NCBI GenBank assembly: GCA_034428715.1 | Contig: DAOUHE010000096.1 | Location: 2,915 to 66,914, forward strand | Length of the DNA stretch: 64,000 nt | Source: Dehalococcoidia bacterium | GTDB taxonomy: Bacteria; Chloroflexota; Dehalococcoidia; Lucifugimonadales; UBA3495 | Direction of reading: 5' to 3' | Shown here: positions 8,591 to 16,421 of the stretch, piece after piece | How the letters are laid out: each line of letters starts with the position of its first letter | Numbering within the stretch: the first letter of the stretch is position 1 | Notes under the pieces: generated by a model | Told to the model about the DNA's origin: nothing | Databases searched by the model: none | The model's input: only the letters and a program-made list of their open reading frames with translations | Translations under genes and position numbers: made by a program

Positions 8591-10056
8591 GGTCGTTCCT
8601 CTTCAGCGCGGGCCCAACCGGCTATGCGATAGCCGGTTACGGCGGCTATCCCCCGGTGGGTGACCAAAAGGGGTATTCTATCCCGCCAGACCCGGGGCAC
8701 CCATTGATCGGTGAAGAAATCTTGAAGCTTTTTATCCTGAGCCATCCCCAGTGGCTGGAACCGGTCTCCAGGCCGTCTTGCCCGCATAGTCAGCCATCCT
8801 CCTAGAGCGTCCGCAGCCAAGGAACAACTCCATGCTTGGCCATCCCATTCCGGCACGGCTCTGGAACCCGTGGCCACGCTGTCAGCTTGGGATAAAGAAA
8901 GGGTCACCCGCCAACCCTGAACATCTGTCACGACGGCCCCACCGGATTCGGTGGGCAGCGCCAGAGGATGTTCTGCATCTAATCTAGGCAATGGGCATGG
9001 CAGGCTGGGATTTTGGGAAATCACCAATGAGCTATGGGTCCGGTGGACCGTCACTCCGCCTGGCAGGGACAAGGCAATCCCTGATTTATTCTGGACGGCC
9101 ATGCCCACCATGTTTTTGATGTGGATCTCTTGCAACCGCCGGGAGTCCCCCTTTACCTGGGAATAGGCGCGGCGCAGCAAATGAGCCTGAAACGCCGGAT
9201 GTAATTCGGCCAGGTCCGGCAGTCTTAAATAGACATCCCCACCGGACTCGATCACAAGGGTCTCCCAAATGCGCGTGGCTTCTCCTTCCAGGTAGTCAAG
9301 CTCCAACGCTGCGGTTCTGGCCAACCTTCCAAGCGCTTCCCTTATCCTGGGGTTATATTCCAACGCCAAGGCGGGCATCAACTGCCGTCTGACCCTGACG
9401 CGGGCGAAGCGAGATAAGGAGTTGCCGCTGTCCTCCCGGGTGTCCAACCCAAATTCCCGGCAATAGGCAACGGTGTCTTCCCGGCCCGCCGCAATCAGGG
9501 GCCGGAACAGTGAAATACCTTTCCCTTCTTTCGGCCAGGGCCACCGGGCCAGTTCGGGCATTCCCGCCAAGCCGTGTAAACCGGCGCCACGCAGGATATG
9601 AAGAAGCACCGTCTCCGCCTGATCATCGGAGGTGTGACCCACCGCCACCGCCACCGCGCCCGTGGTTCTAGCCACCCCTGCCAAGAACGCGTAACGCATC
9701 TCCCGCGCCAGATCCTCAAAGGACGAACTGGCCCTTCCCGGGTGACGCCGCCGAAATTCATCAGGGTCCCACTTTTCAACGGTGGCCGGCAGATCCAGCG
9801 CCTCTGCCATACCCATCACGTGGTCCGCGTCGTCATCCGCCTCCTGACCGCGGAAGTCATGGTTAAGATGGGCTACGTGGATATGCAGGCTGTGTTGCTC
9901 CCGCAGGTGAAGCAAGCAATGCAGCAACGCGGTGGAATCTGGTCCGCCGGAAACGCCGGCGACCAGGGTTAACCAGCGTCCGAAAAACCCAGCCCGTACT
10001 ATCGCCTGGGACACTATCGTTTCCAGCGCCCCTAGCGCATCTGAGGAGGCCAACAA
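8551..10056 (-). CDS. tilS: tRNA(Ile)-lysidine synthetase
   Basis: PP-loop VSGGPDSTALLHCL, HLNHDFRG, and a C-terminal substrate-binding domain (RRPGDRFQPLGM). Confidence 0.85.
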   Translation of the reverse strand: MLASSDALGALETIVSQAIVRAGFFGRWLTLVAGVSGGPDSTALLHCLLHLREQHSLHIHVAHLNHDFRGQEADDDADHVMGMAEALDLPATVEKWDPDEFRRRHPGRASSSFEDLAREMRYAFLAGVARTTGAVAVAVGHTSDDQAETVLLHILRGAGLHGLAGMPELARWPWPKEGKGISLFRPLIAAGREDTVAYCREFGLDTREDSGNSLSRFARVRVRRQLMPALALEYNPRIREALGRLARTAALELDYLEGEATRIWETLVIESGGDVYLRLPDLAELHPAFQAHLLRRAYSQVKGDSRRLQEIHIKNMVGMAVQNKSGIALSLPGGVTVHRTHSSLVISQNPSLPCPLPRLDAEHPLALPTESGGAVVTDVQGWRVTLSLSQADSVATGSRAVPEWDGQAWSCSLAADALGGWLTMRARRPGDRFQPLGMAQDKKLQDFFTDQWVPRVWRDRIPLLVTHRGIAAVTGYRIAGWARAEEERPLNNIIHVIIRTI

Positions 10057-10062
10057 ATCTCC

Positions 10063-10680
10063 CTACCGGTACTTGGGCGACAGATGACCGGTGGCATTGT
10101 AGACCACCAACCGGCGGCCGGATCTACCCGTTTCCACCGTGCAGATGGATGCCAAATTCAACGACATCCGGTGAAAGTTGGAAAGCGGCATACCCAGCAG
10201 TTTGCAGATAATAGCCCTAATGGCGAAATTATGGGAAACCGCAACCAGCTGTTCTTCTTCCTGGTGGGCCGCCTCAATTTCCAAAAAGGCTTGCCACGCC
10301 CTTTCTTGCAGTTGTTTTAGGGACTCGCCTTTGGGCATGACCAATTCTGCCGGGTCGTCCCGCCAGGCGGCATATACCTGGGGCCAATCAGTCCGCATCT
10401 CCGAACCGGTGATTCCTTCCAGATCGCCCAGATTCAGCTCTTTTAGTCCATCCATTGGAACCACATTGACCCCGGCCGCCCGCGTGATCTCATGGGCTGT
10501 CTGCATCGTCCGGTAAAGGGGGCTGGCATAGACGGTACCGCCCGGGCTCAGTGACACCGCTCGGGCGGTCTGACGCGCCTGGACCAATCCTCGCTTGTTG
10601 AGGGGAACGTCACATTGGCCTTGAAATCTTCCCAACTTGTTCCACTCCGTTTCCCCGTGGCGCACCAAGAGCAACCTCAC
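10063..10680 (-). CDS. Histidine phosphatase family protein (phosphoglycerate mutase-like)
   Basis: MRLLLVRHGETEWNKLGRFQG (RHG motif) and VAVSHNFAIRA (second His). Overlaps the upstream gene by 4 nt. Confidence 0.85.
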   Translation of the reverse strand: MRLLLVRHGETEWNKLGRFQGQCDVPLNKRGLVQARQTARAVSLSPGGTVYASPLYRTMQTAHEITRAAGVNVVPMDGLKELNLGDLEGITGSEMRTDWPQVYAAWRDDPAELVMPKGESLKQLQERAWQAFLEIEAAHQEEEQLVAVSHNFAIRAIICKLLGMPLSNFHRMSLNLASICTVETGRSGRRLVVYNATGHLSPKYR

Positions 10681-11996
10681 CGGTCCGCCCTCCGTTGGAC
10701 GTCTGTCGGGGGGTGCTGTTGCGGATCTGGTTGATTAACGACAGACCGCCGCAACTCGACTTCCTCGATCTTCACCCCGCTCATGATCTTCACCGTGAAC
10801 CGCAAATCTTGATAGTCCACGGTATCACCTTCGTCAGGTATTCGCCCTAGGCGGTCTAAAATGAAACCGGCGACCGTCTGGTAATCACCCTCCGGAATTT
10901 TTAATTCCAACTCCTCGTTGATATCGGTTATGGCGGCGCCGGCGTCCAGTCTAAATGTGTGATCGTCCACCGGAGTCACCGGCTCTTCAAAATCAGACCC
11001 TTCCTCCCGAACTTGTCCAACGATCACTTGAAGCAGTTGTTTCAGGGTGGCCAGACCAGCAATGCCGCCAAACTCGTCAACCGTCAGAACCATACCGTGG
11101 CCGCCCTCACGCATCTCATTGAAAGTGCTGCTAACCGTCTTGGTCTCCGGCACGAAATACGCGGCGGTCAAAGAGTCGGTGGCACAGTCTTCCATTCCCA
11201 ATTCCCCTTTGCCAACCAGCAGAAGCACGTCTTTGATGGAGAGGATACCAACCACATTCTCAATGGTGCCTTCATACACCGGAAATCTGGTGTGGCTGTG
11301 CTCGGAATAGGACGGCAGGAACTGCTGTAATGTCGTACCCCGCTCGATCCAAACTATCTCTGGTCTAGGGGTCATGATCTCCCGTACCTGGCTGTCGCCG
11401 AACCGGAAAACCTTCTCCAACAGGGCGGCTTCGTCGGCTTCCATGGTCCCCGACTGAGCTCCGGCCGCAATGAGATTGCGTATCTCTTGCTCCCCTATTA
11501 GGTCTTGAACGCCGGAAATACCCATCACCTTGTTACCCAAGGAACTCACAACCTGTAGCGCAAAAATCGCCGGCGACAGGACAAATCCCACCATCGTCAA
11601 AGGCCGGGACACGGCAAAAGTCACGGATTCAGACCGGTTCCAGGCCACGTTCTTGGGCAGGGTTTCTCCAAACACTAGAAGTATCAAGGTGACGCCAAGG
11701 GTTGCCGTCAGCAGCGCCAGGTTTCCGTTATCAATGAATTTGATCGCCAACGCGGTCGCCAACGCGGCGGCAGTGGTGTTAACCAGGTTGTTGCTGAGCA
11801 ATACGGTCGCCAAGAATTTTTCGGGGCGCCGGAGCAATTTTTCCACGCGGCCGGCGCCGGGGCGGCCTATGGCAATCAAGTGCAGTAAACGGGCACGAGG
11901 CAGGGCGATGAAAGCGGTTTCGGAAGCTGAGAAAAACCCGGAAAGGGCCAGGCAGATGAGAAATAAGGCTAACTTCGATAAGTCGCCAGTATCCAT
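10677..11996 (-). CDS. CNNM/DUF21 membrane protein with CBS pair and CorC/HlyC C-terminal domain
   Basis: N-terminal TM helices, FRFGDSQVREIMTPRPEIVWIE (CBS), and C-terminal TVAGFILDRLGRIPDEGD..FTVKIMSGVKIEEVEL. Confidence 0.85.
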   Translation of the reverse strand: MDTGDLSKLALFLICLALSGFFSASETAFIALPRARLLHLIAIGRPGAGRVEKLLRRPEKFLATVLLSNNLVNTTAAALATALAIKFIDNGNLALLTATLGVTLILLVFGETLPKNVAWNRSESVTFAVSRPLTMVGFVLSPAIFALQVVSSLGNKVMGISGVQDLIGEQEIRNLIAAGAQSGTMEADEAALLEKVFRFGDSQVREIMTPRPEIVWIERGTTLQQFLPSYSEHSHTRFPVYEGTIENVVGILSIKDVLLLVGKGELGMEDCATDSLTAAYFVPETKTVSSTFNEMREGGHGMVLTVDEFGGIAGLATLKQLLQVIVGQVREEGSDFEEPVTPVDDHTFRLDAGAAITDINEELELKIPEGDYQTVAGFILDRLGRIPDEGDTVDYQDLRFTVKIMSGVKIEEVELRRSVVNQPDPQQHPPTDVQRRADR

Positions 11997-12208
11997 AGCT
12001 AGGCACTACCTCCAGAGGGGCGGGGATTTCCAAATTCCATACATTTTGATGATAGCATCGGCCCAATTTGGTGTAAAGTTGACTCTTTCTAGGCCTGTTC
12101 CTATCATTGAACATAGAGAAGGAAGATGGCGGAGCACCATCAATCTCCAATATACGACGGGGCGTCAATCAAAATAAACTCGGCGGGCGCCCGCCCTGGT
12201 AACGCGAA

Positions 12209-13282
12209 ATGGGCTTGAAAATCCTGGGTATAGAGACTTCCTGCGACGAAACGGCCGTGGCCGTTGTTGAAGACGGGAGCGTGCTCCGGTCCAACGTCAT
12301 CTCCTCCCAGGTAGAACTGCATTCCAAGTACGGCGGCGTGGTCCCGGAAGTCGCCTCCCGGCAACACATCAGCGACATGTTGCCTGCCTTGGAGCGGGCG
12401 CTGGCGGATTCTGGGCTATCCCTGGAACAGATAGACATGGTGGCCGTGACCTATGGGCCCGGCCTGGCTGGATCGCTGATCACCGGTTTGAACACGGCAA
12501 AGGCGCTGTCCTTTTCTTTGGGTGTGCCCTTGATGGGAGTGAACCACCTGGAAGGCCACATTTACGCTTCGTGGCTGACCGAGCACGATCCAGCAAAAGA
12601 GCCCGGCTTCCCGCTGGCGTGCCTGGTCGCATCGGGCGGCCATACCGACCTCATCCTGATGGAAGGCCACGGCGTCTACAAGCTGGTGGGCCGCAGCCGG
12701 GACGACGCCGCCGGAGAGGCTTTTGATAAGGCGGCACGTATTCTGGGGCTGGGTTTTCCTGGGGGGCCCGAGATCCAGCGGGTGTCCCATGGAGTTGCCG
12801 GCGGCGAGACCCTGCCCAGGGCGTGGATGAAGGATACGCTGGATTTCAGCTTCAGCGGGGTCAAATCGGCCCTGTTGCGCATGGCTCAAACCAAGGGCAT
12901 TTACCAACATGAAACAACGTCGGCAACACCCACAACGCAGGCTGGATCAACTCCAGAAAGCGGCCTTGGCCATTCCGGCGACCTGGTGCGAGAACTGGCC
13001 TCCGCCTTCCAAGAATCGGTGGTGGACGTACTCACCTCCAAGCTCCTGACGATGGCCAAAACCTACCGGTGCCGCGGTGTCATCTTGGGCGGAGGCGTTA
13101 CCGCAAACGCCCGCCTGCGGGAGGAGGTAGCCAAAAGGTCATCCCTGCCGGTGATGGTGCCGCCACCGATACTTTGCACAGACAACGGAGCAATGATAGC
13201 GGCCTGCGCTTATTACCAATACCTAAGAGGAGAGCAGTTCGGCTTGGAGTTGGATATAGACCCCGGTCTGCCACTTGGCTAA
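12209..13282 (+). CDS. tsaD: tRNA N6-adenosine threonylcarbamoyltransferase
   Basis: ILGIETSCDETAVAVV, VNHLEGH and GGGVTAN. Kae1/TsaD family. Confidence 0.9.
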   Translation: MGLKILGIETSCDETAVAVVEDGSVLRSNVISSQVELHSKYGGVVPEVASRQHISDMLPALERALADSGLSLEQIDMVAVTYGPGLAGSLITGLNTAKALSFSLGVPLMGVNHLEGHIYASWLTEHDPAKEPGFPLACLVASGGHTDLILMEGHGVYKLVGRSRDDAAGEAFDKAARILGLGFPGGPEIQRVSHGVAGGETLPRAWMKDTLDFSFSGVKSALLRMAQTKGIYQHETTSATPTTQAGSTPESGLGHSGDLVRELASAFQESVVDVLTSKLLTMAKTYRCRGVILGGGVTANARLREEVAKRSSLPVMVPPPILCTDNGAMIAACAYYQYLRGEQFGLELDIDPGLPLG

Positions 13283-13890
13283 TCTGGCGGTTTCGCGCCA
13301 ACGTGCAGAAAGGCGTCCAATCCTAAGCGGCGGTCGGCGAACACGGTATTGATGACCTGGTATACTTCAACGCCCGACGCCTCTCCTTTATAGGGGAAAG
13401 AAAACGCCCAGTTGCCACCTTGAAACGTCACCGAGCCCTCTTCTCTGGCGAAATAATGTCTTCCGATGAAGAACGCCCCCATGAGGGCGATCACAAAAAT
13501 GATGAACGCTCCAGCATCCATGTTAATCAAGGGTATGGTTGGGACATCGAACTTACCCGCGAACCAATAGGCCACAATCAGGTAGACAAACAATGCGCCG
13601 GCGATGAGCAATATACCCTGGACCAGATCCGTCGAAGTACGGGAACCCGTTTTTACCGAAACGCCCTTTAATTCTTCAATGGGGACCATGTAGGTCTCCC
13701 TGCCACCTTCGTTTATGGAAAATGCCATGATGCGTTGGTTGGTGGTTACTAGCATTTGTCCGGCGCCGGGCGGTTCCCCAGTCAGACCCGTCTCCGGGCA
13801 AAAAACGTGGCTCACCCGTTCTCTAGGCAACAGGGCCACGTCTCGAATATGGGTAACATAGCTTTCCGCCGGTTCAATCACACCAATCAC
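13279..13890 (-). CDS. Hypothetical membrane protein with PH-like (bPH/YokE-like) beta segments interrupted by two TM helices
   Basis: LVTTNQRIMAFSINEGGRETYMVPIEELKGVSVK, then two hydrophobic helices (ILLIAGALFVYLIVAYWF, AFIIFVIALMGAFFI), then SVTFQGGNWAFSF. The fold call is a guess. Confidence 0.45.
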   Translation of the reverse strand: MIGVIEPAESYVTHIRDVALLPRERVSHVFCPETGLTGEPPGAGQMLVTTNQRIMAFSINEGGRETYMVPIEELKGVSVKTGSRTSTDLVQGILLIAGALFVYLIVAYWFAGKFDVPTIPLINMDAGAFIIFVIALMGAFFIGRHYFAREEGSVTFQGGNWAFSFPYKGEASGVEVYQVINTVFADRRLGLDAFLHVGAKPPD

Positions 13891-14331
13891 CCCGTAACTG
13901 CGCTCAATATCCTATCATAACGGTCCGCGGGCTTACCCCAGATTCGAATTCACGCTTCACCCATTACTTTGATGGTTTGGACGCAAAGCCCGAAGGCCCG
14001 GCATTCCGTCTTCCCAGCTTGCTTCTAGCCACGCGCATCCGCGCCGGCCCCTGCAAAGAGGTCACCGGCTTGCGAATGGACCACTCTCACACGCAAAACG
14101 CCGTTTGGAACCAACGCCATGCCAACCTATGGACCCTAACATCAACGGTCAGTTTTCGACCATGTCGACGGCCTTCCGGAGACTGCACCCCGCGCTAAAA
14201 AGGTGCTCACCCCATTGGGGATACGGGCGTTCCCTCTAGCCTGTCAGTCCCGACCCCTTTAATGTCGAATCTGGAGAAACTCGGAGCTAGAAACGCCGCT
14301 CAATTCTAGATTTTCGGTGGTGGGGTAAGTT

Positions 14332-15840
14332 ATGTCCTGGATAGAAGGGGTGGGTCCGCCGGATCTGCCTGATATTTTTCAGGTGCTATCCATAAACCCG
14401 GAAGCTCTGGAATCAGTCAAACAGCTTAACGAAACCCTCTCCTTTGGCAACTCACCCCTGGGAAGAGTCCGCGAAGAGGCGATCGCTACCGTGGTGGCGG
14501 TGGCCAACAGGTGCCGGTTTGGGGCCCTGACCGCCAGTGGATTTCTTCGTCAATACCTGGGAGACCAGCATACAGCAGCCAACATGCTGGTGAATCACCA
14601 CCTGGCCGGTTTGGACCCCGCAGACCGCCAAATGCTGGATTTCGCCGTACAAATCACCCTCAAACCATCCACGCTGACCGACGCCGACATCGAAAACCTG
14701 CGCCGAGTGGGTTTTGACGACGAAGAGATACTGTCGATCATATTGGTGACCTGCCTGGCCAATTTCATGAACCGTCTGGCCGACAGTCTTGGAATCGACA
14801 TTCCTGCCAGCTACCAAAAGGCGGTGGAGAATTGGTTGACCGGGCCCGCGGGCCGGCAGCCCTGGCTGATGCGGCCGGTATCCCAAAGGACTAGGAATTC
14901 CAGCGACGATCCCCTTCCTGGAAGCTTGGAGCCCAGCGGCTGGGGCGCCGCTCCCGAGTGGCATCAACAGAATGATGGCGGAGCCAACGGCTTCGCTAGA
15001 TCTCTGTTCGACGATTCCTCAGGGCGTGATTCCAACGGTCTAGATCTGGAAGAGGCGCCGGGCGGCGAACTCCGAGACTTGGACTTGGATGGCGCCGGAA
15101 ACGAAGTGAATCTCGGTGGTCTAGATGATCTGTTGGCCGTGGCGGAGCCCGGCGCCAACGGACTCTCCGGGGAAATTCCCGGCGAATTCCCGGAAGAGAT
15201 CCTGGAAGAGACGCCCGACGGGATGCCGGAAGATGACGATCAAGTAGAGGCGCCGGAATCCGGCGGTCCCCAGGATAACCTGGATTCTCCCGATGCCATT
15301 GGAGACTCCGAATCCACAACTACTGAAATGGAACGAATGGAGTTTGAGCTACGGTTCGGAACGTTGCCGCCACGTCCCGCCGCCGAGCCAAATGATGATT
15401 CCGAAGCGCAGCCGCCGGAAGGGACCACGTACACCATTACCACGACACCCTTCGACCCTGACGAATCGGAGCGAGGAACGGAGGTAGAAGACGACTTGGA
15501 AGTGAAGTTAGACGAAAAAACCGGCCAAGAAGAAACTGTCGTTCTGGTCGACACCAATAACCCGGTAGTTCGGTTCGTTGGCGATATATGCACGGTAAAA
15601 ACTGGGGAAGTGACCTCGGCCAGAGATCTATATATCGCCTATTTGCGCTGGTGTGATGATAATATCGAACCGCCAGTGCCGCAACGAAGCTTTGGTATGA
15701 TACTGACCCAGATGGGTTTCGACCGCCGGCGCCGGGGCAGGGGCCGAAACTGGTCATGGTGGGGTGTTGGATTAGACAACGGGCAAACAGACGACGACGA
15801 AGATTCGGAGTTTTTCATGGACCAGGACGATGGGGAGTAA
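14332..15840 (+). CDS. Three-part protein: degenerate AhpD/carboxymuconolactone-decarboxylase-like domain, ~230-aa acidic low-complexity linker, phage/plasmid primase (D5) C-terminal-like domain
   Basis: N-terminus LGRVREEAIATVVAVANRCRFGALTA..LRRVGFDDEEILSIILVTCLANFMNRLADSLGI is AhpD-like, but the CxxC/His motif reads C-R-F-G. The middle is D/E/G/P-rich. C-terminus VRFVGDICTV..VTSARDLYIAYLRWCDDNIEPPVPQRSFGMILTQMGFDRRRRGRGRNWSWWGVGL. Confidence 0.65.
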   Translation: MSWIEGVGPPDLPDIFQVLSINPEALESVKQLNETLSFGNSPLGRVREEAIATVVAVANRCRFGALTASGFLRQYLGDQHTAANMLVNHHLAGLDPADRQMLDFAVQITLKPSTLTDADIENLRRVGFDDEEILSIILVTCLANFMNRLADSLGIDIPASYQKAVENWLTGPAGRQPWLMRPVSQRTRNSSDDPLPGSLEPSGWGAAPEWHQQNDGGANGFARSLFDDSSGRDSNGLDLEEAPGGELRDLDLDGAGNEVNLGGLDDLLAVAEPGANGLSGEIPGEFPEEILEETPDGMPEDDDQVEAPESGGPQDNLDSPDAIGDSESTTTEMERMEFELRFGTLPPRPAAEPNDDSEAQPPEGTTYTITTTPFDPDESERGTEVEDDLEVKLDEKTGQEETVVLVDTNNPVVRFVGDICTVKTGEVTSARDLYIAYLRWCDDNIEPPVPQRSFGMILTQMGFDRRRRGRGRNWSWWGVGLDNGQTDDDEDSEFFMDQDDGE

Positions 15841-16039
15841 CCAGCCGGGGGCACGGGTTCGGCCATGATGGCTGAGGCCAAGTCTCACACCAAATTTCCT
15901 CCAGCTATGTCACCCGGACTTCACCGGGTTTAGAGTACCAACGCGGCGCCGGCCTGGCAATTGGGCCGTTCGCTAAAACCAACCCTTTCGGCAGCCCGTA
16001 GCCGTTGACACCGCGATACCCCTATGATACGGTTTGCTG

Positions 16040-16318
16040 CATCAAAGGCTATGATGGAGACGAGTAGGTAAGGGTAGACGCCAAGCGAGCCTGGTCTGGT
16101 GGAAGCAGGCGCGCCGATCTTATCCGAAAATCACTCCGGAGCCGCGGGCTGAACCCCTTCTTCGACAACAAGGGAACCGTAAGCCACGCCGGGCTCGTCG
16201 CCCGTTAACAGCGGCGGGGCATGTTTGTGTCCTTATTGAGCGGCCCAGGATATTCCGGGGCAATTAGGGTGGTACCGCGGGAGCTTTGAAACCCGTCCCT
16301 ACGTGGGACGGGTTTTTT
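16040..16318 (+). promoter_or_regulatory. T-box leader (tRNA-sensing transcription attenuator) upstream of ilvB; tentative Ile (AUC) specifier
   Basis: Conserved T-box sequence AATTAGGGTGGTACCGCG at 16262-16279, directly followed by a terminator. Stem I elements: AGTA at 16063-16066, AGCGAG at 16084-16089, GGTGGAAG at 16098-16105. The 3' strand of the specifier loop reads CGAAAATCA, with AUC (16130-16132) plus A abutting the closing helix CUCC/GGAG. Confidence 0.8.
16291..16318 (+). terminator. Intrinsic terminator of the T-box leader
   Basis: ACCCGTCCC (16291-16299), loop TACGT, GGGACGGGT (16305-16313), running into a T6 tract (16313-16318). Confidence 0.8.
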
Positions 16319-16376
16319 ATTTGGGGAATCCCCGTCTTTCAAACATATGCCGGCGGGTGACACGTCCCGTTCTCCA

Positions 16377-16402
16377 GGCTGGTTGACCCGGCTGGTTGAC
16401 CC
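16377..16402 (+). repeat. Perfect 13-nt tandem duplication GGCTGGTTGACCC x2, plus a partial third unit
   Basis: Read directly between the T-box terminator and the ilvB start. Each unit contains TTGACC. Confidence 0.8.
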
Positions 16403-16421
16403 GGCTGCTGTTTGAGAACTA

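Noticed and set aside
13930-13960. tRNA-like T-loop string (GATTCGAATTC)
   Set aside because: It does not match GGTTCGAATCC, and no acceptor or anticodon arms can be drawn around it. I could support no tRNA anywhere in the window.
13977-14198. 73-aa ORF in the long spacer
   Set aside because: Arg/Pro-rich, with no SD and no recognisable motif. It is treated as non-coding, and the spacer itself is reported as unexplained.
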